NCBI RefSeq assembly: GCF_009914755.1
Contig: NC_060936.1
Length of the DNA stretch: 64,000 nucleotides
Origin: the human T2T-CHM13v2.0 reference genome, Homo sapiens
Strand: one strand, 5' to 3'
Of this stretch, positions 29,230 to 43,679 are shown piece by piece. The translations under genes and the position numbers were made by a program. The first letter of the stretch is position 1; every line of letters starts with the position of its first letter. A model generated the notes under the pieces. That model was not told where the DNA came from. It did no database searches and saw only the letters and a program-made list of their open reading frames with translations.

Positions 29230-29895
29230 AACATTCACCCAGTTTCTTGGAACATGTCAGGCGCAATATCAGCATTGTTTTAGACGCTGAGGATGTAGTG
29301 ATGAATAAAGCAGAGGAGGTTTATACCCACTTTGAGCCTACATTCTAGAGGGAGATACAGGCAAAACAAAACAAAACAAAAAAACAGATGAGTTGAAATC
29401 ACAGCAAGTTCTATGAAGAAAATAATCACAATGATTTGATAAAGAGAAATGGGGAGATGGTGTCAGGGTTAGGGTTTTCTGAGCAGGTGGCATTTGACCA
29501 AGAACCAGGGATGAGATGGAGCCAGGCCTGAAGAGGGCCATGGTTAGCGTGTTCTCAGAAGAGGGAACAAGAAGGACCGAAGGCTCCAAATCCAAATTGG
29601 GTTTATGTGTTTGAGGAAGAGACAGGTTGTCCGTGGGTGGAATGGAATTATATGAGGGCAGCATGGAAGACAAGGATGAGTTAATAGTACAGGGTTCCAC
29701 AAGAGGTCAGGAGCACTCTCCGTGCAGCGGAAGGTCACTGGAGGGATGTAAGGAAGACAGTGACAAGATCTGATTTACATTTGTAAGAGCTTACTCAGGC
29801 TGCTCTGTGGAAAGGGAGTGTAGTGGGGTTAAAGGGTGGGTGTGGGAATAAGGGTAGAAGCAGTGAAACCAATTAGGAGGCCATTGCAATATTGG
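29230..29895 (-). mobile_element. L2 fragment
   Basis: gagggaacaagaaggaccgaaggctcc, gtgacaagatctgatttacattt and gaaaccaattaggaggccattgcaata are L2 motifs. Confidence 0.7.
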
Positions 29896-31719
29896 GGATC
29901 TGCAAAGTCAATATCTTACTTGATCATGGTGGATGTTATTAAAAATAGTTGTAATTAAATAAGTTACAAAGTTAAGAGGGTAGGCGCCATCAGGTGAAAA
30001 GCAGAGAAACTGGAATGATCTGTACCTGGGTTGATTCTCATTTGGCTGGAAAAGAAGGCATCCAAACATATGCTGTGTCTTTGACAAATACTTAAAGCTT
30101 CCTTTGACAAACATCATGTGAAACTTTCTCTGGCCAGCTTTTAAGGGAAAGAAAGCTACACTGAAAAGCAAACGCATTTTTTTTTTCTTGTGACTCACAG
30201 ATATTGACAACAGAAGCAAAAATGACACAGAAAATGAGGTATTATTGGTGAATGTTGGTGGTGCTGACATATAGGGTAATTCAGGAAAAAAACCTCTCTT
30301 ACCTCCAGGCAAACTGAATAGTTGTGTTCACTGTTCACTCTGCTATTTCTGTAGGAATAAGCCATATAAACGTTAGTGGATTAGTTAAGTCTATTTCCAC
30401 TCTTATCTCTGCCTCTCATCTCCCCAAATGCGTAGTTCAGATATTCCAGAAAAGGTTCACCTGCTGTGATTTTGTCCTCTTTCCAAGAAGGATGGGTCTG
30501 GTGCAGCAGCTGGAAGTATATTTCCTTCTTTGGGAAGATTGCAGTGAGCCTGATGTTCAGCCCAGGGGCATCTGTGGTTATGGTGCCTGCAAACAGCATT
30601 CTCATAATCCAGTCTGGATACAGTTTTTATAATTGAACAACAAAAACATCTGACAGATGTGGGCAGGGTAATTTGAAAGCTAGATGGCACAAAGAAATCA
30701 AGTTCATTTTCTGTCAAAATCAAATCTTTAAAAAATGGTACAAAACTAGTCCTTAGTTTACAGGTTGAGAAAGGTAATATTAATTACAGGCAGGTGGGAG
30801 GAAGTTCCTGGTCCCTCCTTCACTCCTAGATCTCTTGCAGTCTCCTTGCTTTTTAGCTTGTTCATTTCCATGGAACTAGCAAGATTGCTGATTCAGTAGG
30901 TCTATTATTCCCAAAGGTTTGCAAACCACTGAACACATCTAATGTACAGCTTGCCCAATTTTAGCGAACAGCTAACTTCACAGACGCTAATGAGGCCAAT
31001 TATTGGCAAGTGAATTTGAAGTGAAGAACACATTAGATTTGCCACTATAGCTGTTATTTGTTTATCAGGATTGATTGAGGCAAACTTTCTTTTGATCATT
31101 ACATCTGATTGATCACTGCACATGGCATTATGAAAGAATGAGGTTTCCAAGTTAGATAGCTACTTGTAAGAAAAATCTCTACCTTGCAAGGGCAGAACAT
31201 GTTTCCCTATCCATTTCAGTGTGAAAGCCTAGCCATTAAATTGGAATGGATCCTAATTAGTCTCCTTGCAAATCTCTAAAACTTTTTGGTCTTTCCTGTT
31301 GAGCAGAACTTAAAAGAAGCCTAAATTTCTCCCTTGCCCACGTAGAGTCAATATCAAAGAAAATAACTTGCATGGTAATGCTGCTGAAAATGAGTGCAGA
31401 CATAGCAATCTTGATTTGAAGTGGCATTGGAAAGTATAATTTGATTCACCCAGCCAAATGATTACTGCAAGTACAGATCATCAGCATGGCCCACTCCAGG
31501 ACATTTGAATTGCTGATGAGCTGACAGCTAATTGCCAGACTGAGTCTGCCTCTTGAGCTTCTGCCTGAGAACAGAGGGAAAAAGCCCCATAGCTCCTACA
31601 AACTCCTAACCTGGACGGAGGCTATTTTTCCATGTTGGAAATATGTCTTTTAGGATGATTGTCTCTCTGATCATACCGACCAGCTGTTGTTAGCCCAGTA
31701 TCCATACCTTCATTGTCCT

Positions 31720-32545
31720 ATAATTGCACCATAGTTTTCCTTTTGTGAATCCTGTCCCTGGGTCTTATTCCTTACCTTGGGTGGGGCTGATTCCACTTCT
31801 CAGTTCTAGGGGTGGGCTTATGACCAATGTTTAATCAGTGAGCTATTATATTCTTCTGGTCACAATGATTGGTTCATAGGTAGGCCAGGACCTGGGTTGG
31901 GCCAATTAAAGCCAAACCCTGGACTTTTCTGAAACCATTGAGAAAGAGGTGTGCTGCTTTCTTCTGTAATTGTAAGGTGGTAGAAAGTGAGTCTGGAACT
32001 TCCATGGACCACCAAATAGAGAATGCAAGGCCAAGAGTAAAAGATAGAGACAGTGTTTTACAATTTCTTTTTTTTTTTTTTTTGAGACAGAGTCTCGCTC
32101 TCTCGCCCAGGCTAGAGTGCAGTGGTTGGATCTCGGCTCACTGCAAGCTCTGCCTCCTAGGTTCACGCCATTCTCCTGCCTCAGCCTCCCGAGTAGCTGG
32201 ACTGCAGGCACCCGCCACCGTGCCTGGCTAATTTTTTTTGTATTTTTAATAGAGACAGGGTTTCACCGTGTTAGCCAGGATGGTCTCAATCTTTTGACCT
32301 TGTGATCCGCCCGCCTCGGCCTCCCAAAGTGTTGGGATTACAGGTGTGAGCCACTGCGCCCGGCCGAGACAGCGTCTTTGGCCTGGCTGTGAAGCTCATG
32401 ACATTGTCAAGCTCACAGATTTAGCTGTGCATGTAGCTAGATGTACCTTTAGACTTTCTAGGTCCATGAGCTAATAAATGACCCCTCCTCTCTGCTCTCA
32501 TTTTCCTTCATGCTGTCACTGGCATCAAAAAAGTTCTAACATCCA
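31720..32545 (+). mobile_element. Old MLT1 (ERVL-MaLR) LTR interrupted by an AluY
   Basis: ggtcacaatgattggttcatagg...gccaattaaagccaaaccctggactttt, and after the Alu ttagacttttc...catgagctaataaat. Confidence 0.55.
32064..32365 (-). mobile_element. AluY
   Basis: ctgcaagctc, ggttcacgccattctcc and ccgtgttagccaggatgg; TSD gagacagtgttt/gagacagcgtct. Confidence 0.95.
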
Positions 32546-32640
32546 TGATGAAAGCAAGAGAGAAGGGGTAGAGGATTTTAGATTTGCTTTCTTCACACTT
32601 TTCCAGTTGGTTCTGGGAATCATAACTTCCTGAAGAAGTA

Positions 32641-35020
32641 CAGGCAAACCTCAGATATATTGTGGGTTTGGTTCCAGACCACTGCAATCAAACAAATATA
32701 GCAATAAAGTGAGTCACACAAATTTTTTTTTTGTATTTTCAATGTACGTAAAAGTTATATTTATACTACACTGTAGTCTAGTAAGTATGCAATAGCATTA
32801 TGTCTAAAAATGTAGATATCATAATTAAAAATACTTTATTGCTAACAGATGCTAACAGTCATCTAAGCCTTCAGTGAATCATAATCTTTTTGCTGGTGGA
32901 AGGTCTTGCCTTGATTTTGATGGCTGCTGACTGATCAGGGTGGTGGTTACTGAAGGTTGGGGTGGCTGTGGCAAGTTCTTAAAATAAGACAACCGTAAAC
33001 TTTGCCATATTGATTGACTTTTCCTTTTATGAAATATTTCTCTGTAGCATACAATGCTGTTTATAGCATTTTACCCATGGTAGAACTTCTTTTAGAATTG
33101 GAGTCAATACTCTTAAACCTTGCTCTTGATTTAAGAATTATGTTTATGAAATATTCTAAATCCTTTGTTGTCATTTCAATAGTTCATAGCGTATTCACCA
33201 AGAGTCAGTTCCATCTCAAGAAAACACTTGCTTTGCTCACCCGTAAAATGCAGTTCCTCCTCTGTTCCAGTTTTATCATGAGTTTGCAGCAATGTAGTTA
33301 CATCCTAAGACTCTACTTCTAATTCTAATTCTCTTGTTATTTCCACCACTTCTGAAGTTGCTTCCTCCACTGGAGTCTTGAACCCCTAAAAAGTCATCCA
33401 TGAGGGCTGGAATCAACTTCTTCCATACTTCTCTTAATATTGATATTTTGACCTCCTCCTATAAATCACAAATATACTTAATGACATCTAAAATACTAAA
33501 TCCTTTCCAGAAGGTTTTCATTTACTTTGACCAGATCTATCTGATAAATCACAATCTATGGCAGCAATAGTCTTATGAAATGTGTGTCTTAAATAATAAG
33601 ACTTAAAAGTCAAAATTACTACTCAATCCATGGGCTGCAGAATGAATGTTATATTAGCCGGCCTGAAAGCAATATTATTCCCTTGTATGTCTTCATCAGA
33701 GCTCTTGGGTAACCAGGTACATTGTCAATGAGCAGTAGTATTTTGAAAGGAGTCTCTTTTTCTGAGCAGTAGTTCTCAACAATAGGCTTAAAATATTCAG
33801 TAAACAATGCTATAAATAAATGCTCTTTCATCTAGATTTTGTTACATTTCTAGAGCACAGGTAGGGTAGAATTAGCATGAGTCTTAAGGGCCCTAGGCTT
33901 TTTTGGCTGTGGTTAATGAGCGTTAGCTTCACCTTAACAGTCACCAGCTGCATAACAAAAGAGTCAGCTTGTCCTTTGAAGCTTTGACTTCTCCTCTCTA
34001 GCTGTGAAAGTCCTACGTGGAATTGTCTTCTGATAGAAGGCTATTTTGTCTACATGAAAAATCTGTGGTTTGGTGTAGCAAACTTCATCCACAATCCTGG
34101 CTAGATCTGTATAACTTTGCTGCAGTTTCTCCCTCAGCACTTGCTGCTTCACCTTGCACTTTAATATGATGGTGATGGCTCCTTTCCTTATATCTCATGA
34201 ACCAACTTCTAGCTTCATATTTTTCTTCTGCACCTTCCTTACTTCATTCAGCCTCAAAAGAATTGAACAGAGTTAAGACCTTGCTCTGGATTAGGCTCTG
34301 GCTTAAGGGAATGCTGTGGCTGGTTTGGTCTTCTATCCAGACCACTCACACTTTCTGCATACCAGCAATAAGGCTGTTTGACTTTCCTATCATTTGTGTG
34401 TTCACTAGAGTAGAACTTTCAATTTCCTTCAAGAATATTTTCTTTGCATTCCCTACTTGGTTAACTGGTACAAGAAGTTCAGCTTTTGGGCTATCTTGGT
34501 TTTTGATATGCTTTCCTCACTAAGCATAATCATTTCTAGCTTTTAATTGAAAGTGAGAGATGTGTGACTCTTCCTTTCACTTGAACACTTAGAGGTCATT
34601 GTAGGGACATCATTAATTGACCTAATTTCAATATTGTTTTGTCTCAGTAAATAGTAGGTTTGAGGATAGGGAGAGAGATGGGAGAATGGCTGATTGGTGG
34701 GGAAGTCAGAGCACATATAACATTTATTGATTTAATTTGTCTTATATAGGTGTGATTCATGGCATCCCCAAACAATTACAATGCTAACACCAAAGATCAC
34801 TGGTCAGAGATCACCATAACATATAATAATAATAAAAACGTTTGAAAGATTGCAAGAATCATCAAGATGTGACACAGAGACCGAAAGTGAAGACATATTG
34901 TTGGAAAAATGGTGCTGATAGGCTTGCTCGATGTAGGGTTGCCACAAACCTTCACTTTCTAAAAAATGCAGTATTTGTGAAGTGTAATAAAGTGAAGTGC
35001 AATGAAACATGGTGTGTCTG
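32641..35020 (-). mobile_element. Full-length (about 2.38 kb) decayed Tigger1 (TcMar-Tigger) DNA transposon
   Basis: TA|caggcaaacctc ... catggtgtgtctg|TA terminal inverted repeats (TIRs) with TA duplication. Minus-strand ORF relics (33649..33831 [14 protein letters not shown]; 33964..34152 QIFHVDKIAFY) are pogo/Tigger DDE transposase fragments. Confidence 0.95.
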
Positions 35021-36439
35021 TACTATTTGTGTCTTTTTGTCCTTCCTATGCTACAGAAATATGGGGTATCTGACGTGTTTATACTCCTCTAATGTTGGGA
35101 GTGGTGTGACTTGATTCCAGTGAGATGTGGCCAGCAAAATTGCTCAACAGAAGTGTTTAATTAGATTCCAGGTGACAACTTGAGATTCATTCTGTAGGTT
35201 ACTCACTGGTTTGTTCCATGGAAAAAGAAAATCAAAGTGAATTCAACTTATGATGAGAGGCAGCTTAGATAACTGGATAAGACTTTTGTTGTCCCAGTGT
35301 TTCAGTGTAACTCTTAGGACGATCTGGTTTTCATTAGGGCACCTTTAAATAAAACTTGTCTCCCAGAGTATAGGAGAGAGAACATGGGCACTGACATGTA
35401 AACAGAAGTACAAATTCTGATATCTCTACTAACTGGGTGATCGCTGTAGAATTATTGACACTTTCAGGGTTTCATTTTAGTTGTCTGAAAAATAAGAATG
35501 AAAATACCTCATTTACAGACTTATCATAATTATTATATATATAATTGAACTGTGGCAAGTGGGCTCTGAGCCATTCCACAATTGTCTTTCTTAGAAAAAC
35601 TGAAATACAGGGCATAGTGGTTGGTGGGTGTTATGTTCTAGTCACCAGACCATCTACTAAAAGGAAGGCCAAATCAATCCCCTCTATATGAGAGGTACTG
35701 CGTTCCCAAGGCTTCATTTCACAAAGCAATTGCTTAAGTTGTCTCTGACTAAAATAATCTCCTGGTCAGAGGGAACAAATTAGGCCCAGAATATAAATGT
35801 ATATTATTTGCAGAGGAGGAAAGAGAAACGCTAAGTAAAAACAGGAAATTGGAATATTATGTGTTGAGAGAGCAATTCCTTTCATCCTTGCAGCTAATGG
35901 GCTGAGCAAAAGTGAACAATTTGTTTCATGTGATGATTTGCTAATACTAACTGACAAGGTTTCCATTTTGAGTACCATTCCACATTCAGCTGCTTGTTTT
36001 GTAGTGCAGTAGTGCAATTATCCGTCTTTTGCATTGCATAAACAGAATGGCTCAAATGTATGTGAGGAATAACCATAACTGCTTAAGTCCTTCCTGTTAA
36101 AAAGAGGGAACAAGGGAAAGGCAATATGGAATGTCTCCTACTTTCCTTAAAGTAACCATCTGTTTCCTTTCTGATGTCCTCTTTGCTGGAGAATTCACTT
36201 TTAGAAAAATATCCTAATATGGGAAGGGGAACAATGGTTGGGTTCATTTTCCCTTTGAGCTTTATTTTTGTCTCCATTTTGTCTTTGTTGTAAATAACAT
36301 TGAAAGGAACACTAATTCTAACCATCAGCCTAGACACAGAGCAATTACGCTTGTGGCTTGCCTGTACATGGGGAACTAGGGTAGGCCTTGGGAGAGCTGA
36401 CATATGACAGCCTACCTCATTTCAGTAGGGTTTATAATT

Positions 36440-37040
36440 AAAACCGGTTCAGTCTTAGCTTCATTTTCCATTTCCTACATTTATTTTGTTGACTTTTATT
36501 TTTGTGTCACTTGTATAATTTGGGTTTGCTTGGCAAACTAAAGGGAGCTTTATTATATGTGACTCATGGAATCCAAGAGCAGGGATGCAGCGGCCTTCAA
36601 AAGGAATGAGAGCTGGGAACTGAGAAGATTTCAGAATTTTCTCTCTGCCTCTACTATGCCTTCTCTGCACATCGGTTTCACTCTACTGTCTGTGACTCTC
36701 TTTTCTTCTTTTTTCTCTGCAGATGGGATTTTTCTACTTACCCATATGCATGATGGAATATGGTGACTTTATAACTTCTGAGGTAAAGGTCATAGTTTTA
36801 GACAAAGACAGACTCATTGCCTCTGAATTCAAATTCCATAATCTTGGGAAAGGGAATCTGATAGATCCAGTGTGGGTCAGCTGTCCATTCCTGGTCCAAT
36901 TGACTATGGCCAGCATAGAAGGGTAAAGTGGCTTAGATATGACTGCAGAGACACTCACCTGTAGGTAGGGAGGCTTTCCTGGAAGCAGAAGGGCTGGGCA
37001 GAAATCTGAATAGATCTCTAGAGTCCAGACTACAACCATT
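36440..37040 (-). mobile_element. Ancient ERVL/MaLR-type LTR relic (subfamily and limits uncertain)
   Basis: gggaatctgatagatccagtgtgggtcagctgtccattcctggtccaattgactatggcc is typical of old MLT1/LTR33-class LTRs. Confidence 0.45.
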
Positions 37041-38739
37041 GTCCCTTTGGAAATCACCATGCCTAATGGAGCTTGTCCTTAGATCCTAAATGATCAGACT
37101 AAAGGGGTTCAATTTATGAACCCCTTTTGGATTTGCTGGCTTTTCATCCAAATATTCTAGTTTTTAGAGTGGGTAAAGTGAACTTATATTACAGGTAAAC
37201 CACCTTTAGCCCATCCATTCTTTCCTTCTCCCTTTCCCTCTCCCTTTCCCTGACGTCAGCTCAAATGCAGGCTGGAAAGGCTTCTAGTAAATTGGTGGCT
37301 GAAGAGGAGGAATGATGCAAACAGGAGGAGCATCAAGAGAGGTAGGAGGCTTAGCAAAGTGTGGTCCCAGAAGCCTGAGGAGAAGCATCTTAAACAAAGG
37401 TTAAGGAGATATGGACTGTGCAAAACTGAGACCATGGTCTCTCCAGAAGTGTTGGTGGAGACCCTGGGCACTGGGCATAATGATGAGCAAAGCTGGACAA
37501 CTTCCATGCTTGTGGAGTATGTGTTCCTACAGAGATTCTTGCCTTATTCTGGGAGTGGTATTTTTCTTGTTTTTAAGAAGTAGGTAGATTTTATTGCAGC
37601 CTGGTTTCTATCAAGATACTATCAGAAAAACAGGCTGACACAACAGATCTAAATCTCATTTGACTAGCTAGATTTCATATATGTGAAAGCTTTGTGGTAC
37701 CTACTGTGGGAAAATTTGGTCCTGCTTATTTTCTCTGTCTTAAACTTTTCCAAAACTTTTTTCCTTGTATACTGTGTCCTTGTGGTTATGATGGTTTGTG
37801 CTGTATAACCTAGAAAAATGAGGGCAGAGGCTGAAGTTTAAGAGGTCTACACAGTGTCAAACGTCTTCTTTAATCTTAGAAAGAAATTGACTCATTAACT
37901 TCACTCAATGCTTCAGAGTTGAAGCTTTTACCTAACAAAAAATGTTGGCTTCAAATGACCACATTTGAGTTTTAAAGATATTTGTAGTTTTCTTGTCTCT
38001 TTTTTGAAACATGTAGTATTTTTTTAAATGAGTTAAATTGTTTCACTAATCATAGTTTATCATTTAGAATTACCTATCTCAATCCAGAGAAAATTAGATA
38101 ACTGAGCACTAATATTAATTAACTTGTTTTCTCAAGATGATTAGTTTAATATCCATTATTTTTAGTATGATTGTTACACATAAAGTGACACCAAAGAGAA
38201 TGTAACAGTGGATTTGTCTGAACACAACATCACGTTGTCCTATATTTCAGAGGCACACACACATACAATTAAACAATGTCTCTCTTTTGGTTTATAGAAT
38301 AATTTTCTTTTTCTTCTTCCTGAATCACATTTAAAGCTTATCAAAGAATCAGTATTCTTCCAGTATTGATGAAGAAACAGGTTTGCTTAGGCTTAGCAGA
38401 TATGTGGATATTTTTTTTCTCTGTGAAATCGGGGCTAAGATGTAGACGCTGGGGTTAAAGAACACAATTGAGTACTCAATTCTGCTACTAACAGGGGTAA
38501 TTGGCCTAAATGCTCTATTTTTTTTCTGTGAAATGAGAACTAATAATGGTACTGATATTATAGAGTGGCTGTGAACACTAAATGAGATGATACATTTAAA
38601 GCACTCAGAATGGCACCTACCACCTATCCCACAGAGTTTTTGTCAATAGAATAATATATGGGAAGCATTTGGCCCAACGCTTGACACATGACATTTGTAG
38701 ACACCCAATAAATATGAGCTATTATTATTTTATCCATTG

Positions 38740-39645
38740 TTCATTTTTAATCATAAGGTTATATCTTCATAACTTTTCTTTTTTCATACAATTAATATAT
38801 CAATACACTGGACATGAGCCAAAGACATAAAAGAGTGGAGAACGAAGTGTGAACATTTCCCTTTGTCACCCACCTCTGTCAAACTCAATTAACTGTCAAC
38901 CTTTGCTTTAGGGAGATTTTGATCACCTCATAATCTCTATCAGTCCTTCCACACCATTCTTTAACAGTGACATTTTCTGTTTTTTTCAGTTTATTCAAAG
39001 GCTCAAGCAAACACAGCTTGGAGCTGGGGATACTCTTAAAATGTCTTATCTCTATGTCCACTTTCTATGCATTGTATTCACAAACATACACCTTTCTTGG
39101 TGTACTTGTGTTTGGGACCATATTATACATAGTGTTCCTTTACTAGCATTTTAAAACTTAGAGTTATTTCCATATCAAATTGTGTAAGTCAATCTCATAC
39201 ATTTATTAAACAACTCTGTCACATCTATAGTACAAATAAGTCACAATTCATTAACTATTTCTGTTTTAATGGATGTTTTTATTTGTAATTTTCCATGATT
39301 ACACATGATATTGCAATAAATATTCTTTATATAGTTTATATGATTTCTGAACATATGTGGCTATTTCATGGGATAGATTTATTTCTGGAAGTGTAATTTC
39401 AGCATCAGGGAATGTGCACATTTACAATTTTGATAGCAATAGACAATTCAGAAAAACTTAATGAAAAACATATCATCAATTTAAACTGTCACTAACTGTA
39501 AGAATCCTCATTTCTCATATACCTACTAATATGCAATGTCATCAATCATAAATATTTTTTGCCAATTAGAGAAGCAAAGGATAAAAATGTCATTTTATTA
39601 TTCAATTTGAATTCTTAATTGCCAATAAGATTACATCACTTTTTT
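38740..39645 (-). mobile_element. Old L1M (L1ME-like) 3' region
   Basis: AT-rich; tgatattgcaataaatattctt, gatagatt...ctggaagtgtaatttcagcatcaggg and tttttgccaatt motifs. Confidence 0.6.
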
Positions 39646-40885
39646 TGGAAGCTTTTAGCTATGATTTCTTTGTGTCCTTTTCTTAGCCCCGCCCTTTTTC
39701 TTCTCTCCTTGCAAGACTCCAGTGACAGGAATGTTAGATCTTTTGTTATAGTTTCCTAAGTCCCTGAGGTTCTTTTCATTTTTTTAGTCTATTTTCTCTC
39801 TGTTATTCATATTGCTTAATTTCTGCTGCTCTATCTTCAAGTTCATTGATTTTCTTCCTGTCTCGTTTATTCTGCTGTTGTCTTTTGTTTCGGCTTTTGT
39901 ATTTTTCGGTTCTAAAATTTTTATCTGGTTCTTCTTTATATCTTCTATACTTCTGCTGAGACTTTCTATTTTTTGTTTGTTTCAAGTATGTTTGTAATAG
40001 TTTATTTCAAACATTTATATAATGGCTGTCTTTAAAATATTTGTCAGATAATTCTGCCATCTCTGTCATTTTGATGTTGGGATCTATTGATTGTCTTTTT
40101 CCATTCAAGTTGAGATTTGCCTGGCTCTTGATATGATCTTCGATGGAAAGCTAGACATTTTGGATATCACGTTATGAGACGCTCAGTCTCATTTACACCT
40201 TTTGTTTTTATTGGCTTCTTCCAACACCACTCTGGCAAAGAAAGGGGTGGAGCCTGTCTTGTTACTACCAGGTGGGGGTAGAAGTCCAGGTTCCCACTCA
40301 GCCTCTGTTGACACCTGGGATGGGGAGGGGCTCCTCTTACTGCTGAGAGAGGGTAGAGGGGTCTTGTCACTGCTTCCATGTCCCCATGTGGTCTTCACTG
40401 ACACTGTGGGAGAGGACAGCCCCAGTTACTGCTCAGTGATGATAGAAGTCCCAGCTCCCTACTCATCCTTCTCTGACATCGTCCTGGTAGGGGGTTTGAG
40501 GTGCTTCCTTACAGCCTGGCAAGGAGGAAAGTCTAGGCTCCCCTTTGGATTTCGCTAGTTGGGGTGGGGCCACAGTTTTTTCTGCCATTTTGGCTGCAAT
40601 AAAGTGGTATTGTCTTGGAAGGCTGCACATTTCCTGGTTCTTTGGGTGTAGACAGTGGCATTTGCTGGGGCTTTTTTTTTTTCTTTTTTGTCTGTACCTG
40701 TTGTTGTGTCTGTCTAGGTTGCTGGCTTCTCCAGCACCCAGTTTGGGATATATAAGCCAGAAAGGAAACCCAGGGAACTCACTGCTATGTTGTTCCTCAG
40801 ATCCCAAGGTCTCCAGATGGTCTAACGTCTTTTCTCCAACTTTCAGAGTCTTCTTATATTTGTTTTACATATAATGTCCTGGAGA
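39646..40885 (-). mobile_element. Old L1M 5'UTR/ORF1 fragment
   Basis: Minus-strand ORF relic 39803..39985 (…KINELEDRAAEIKQYE) resembles the L1 ORF1p coiled coil; T-rich plus strand. Confidence 0.65.
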
Positions 40886-41100
40886 GTAAGAGGGAAACCA
40901 AGAAAGAGAGCCAGCGAAGGAGAGTAAAACACAGAGACACAGAGACAGAGACAAAGAGGTGATATTTGGTCTGCTAATTAGGAACTGATAATGGTTAGTA
41001 GGGGAGTAAGAGCACTATGCTTCCAGGTGAATTAATATTCTGACCAAAACAGGGTGAGAACCACAAAGATGTAGGTGGGTTCTCACCACTTCCCTCTGCC

Positions 41101-41404
41101 TTTTTTTCTTTTTTTTTTTTTTTGAGACAGAATCTCGCTCTGTCACCCAGGCTAGAGTGCAATGGCGTGATCTTGGCTCACTGCAGCCTCCACTCCTGGG
41201 TTCAAGTGATTCTTCTGCTGCAGCTTCCCAAGTAACTGGGATTACAGGGACCCACTGCCACACCCGCCTAATTTTTGTATTTTTAGTAGAGATGGGGTTT
41301 CACCATGTTGGCCAGGCTGCTCTTGAACTCCTGACCTCAGGTGATCTGCCTGTCTCAGCCACCCAAAGTGCTGGGATTACAGGCGTGAGCCACCATGCCT
41401 GGCC
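41101..41404 (-). mobile_element. AluS (Sx/Sz-like)
   Basis: Poly-T plus full reverse-complement Alu ending catgcctggcc. Confidence 0.95.
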
Positions 41405-42741
41405 TACCTTTTCCTCTTGATGAGCTACACAATATACTCCTTGTTCCTTGCAGGTACAGATTGGCAATATGGCCCGTACAAGCACTGTTTGGGGTGCTGT
41501 TGTTACAGAAACACAACTGATGTCTCCTAGGGGTGGTAAGACAACAGGATAAGTGGTAAGTTGAAAAGTTTCTCTGCTTATGTATCATTGGAATGACCCA
41601 GCCCTGCTCTCAACTCTTCCTTTATGATTCGTGGGTAAAATTTGCAGAATTCATTCATTCAAAATATTTACTGAGCACCACCTATTCATTCATATGTACA
41701 GATTATGGAGCAAAGTGTCTTATGTGAGGGCATGTACGTTTGTGTCTCGTGTGTGTGAATATATATGTGTGTGTGTGTATATACACAGACACATAAACAA
41801 GACACATTGTGATAGAAACATAATCATGAACAAAAAAATGCACACATATTATGTTCATATGTGGATTTTACAATCAGAAACAGAAGACAGTAATGAAATA
41901 ATCATAAAATTAATGGAAAATGTTAGTTTATCAGTTATAATGATTGCTGTTAAGGAGAAGTATTGGCTCTGGCAGTATCACAGGCTGTCTGGGAAATCTT
42001 TCCTGAGGGAGTGAAGTATAAGCTGAAATCCTAAGGACGATGATGAGGTAATGTGGTGAAGGAAATGGATGGACATGATGTGGGGAGGGAAAAGCTTTCC
42101 AAGAGGAGGCAACAAACAGCATACGTGACTTGGAAGGATGGACAGGTCATCAGCAGAGTGGCCGTGGATAGCATTATTTCTTTCCTAGTGTGTGTTTGGA
42201 CCTTATTCATGCCTTGTGCAAATATTAGGTCCATATGGGCCAGCTTCTTGATTACAGAGAGTTACATTTAAGCCACATAATTATATGGGGCTTAATTAGG
42301 AAAACACACTGTCAACAAATAATTGAGTCTGTTTATGACTGGGTTTACCAGACCAAAGGGGAAAATTATAGAATATCAAATATGAGAAAATATCCAACTT
42401 TAACAATATTAGCTATGTATAATACACTACAGATATCCATTCCATTCAACTGCTATTAATTGAGCCCCTGTATGTGATATGGAAATGTGCCAAAATAGGG
42501 GCATTTCCCTTCACTAATGCCCAGGCTAGCTGGGAGACAGATCTGCAAATAAATATATCATGTACTGTCAGAAGATTTAGCCAAACTGAGATTTTAGCCA
42601 AACTCTGAGAAGAGGGTAGGATGTATTTCTGCATTTTTCTGGATCTGATCTCTCTTGCTCTTAAAGAGTAACTACTGAACTGGTCAATTCCTGAAAGATG
42701 TCTATTAGTTCTTACAAAAAAGCTACCAACATTAGTGACTA

Positions 42742-43056
<315 letters not shown>

Positions 43057-43679
43057 GTGCAACTCATTTGGACTCCAGTTGGTATTTATTCTATGCCACT
43101 TATTAGGTTAATTATTTTGCATGGATATATTCTGTCTCCCCAAGTAGACTCTAAATTCCTTGAGAATAGGAATTGTGTATTACGTGTTTTTGTGTTCACA
43201 AAGCATTGTGCTTCACTCCGTAATATTTTTTTTGATGGAAGGCCAAGATAAATCAGGTTCTGGAAACTACTATCATATAAGTAGTACCTGTAGGAACAGG
43301 GAGATTTATGCAGCAGAATATCTACTGGTAGATAGAACTGTCTTCAGCCATGTAATTAACATCTGTGAATTAGCTACCTTAATACACTCCTATAAACATT
43401 CACAAAACTGTATATTTTGTCAATTATTTTCCACTGCTACTGCTAGTTTTACCAAATTATAGCCTAGGAGAAGCTTCAAGGGAATCAAACTTCTTTTGAA
43501 TGATGTTTTTCTTTATCCTGTTTTTTTAAACTTTAAAATTTTTTTTTCCTTAAATGGACTTTTCATGATACTTGGGAGGGGACTTGGGAGACATTTAGGT
43601 TTTTGGAACATTTAAAAAATAATTTTGAAAAGCAAAGAAAGATGACAAAAATAACTTCCTGTTGTATGGAGTCTCGTTT

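Noticed and set aside
29908-30723. Cluster of overlapping 74-134 aa ORFs as a small novel gene
   Set aside because: Low-information translations on both strands with no recognisable domain; lengths are within chance expectation.
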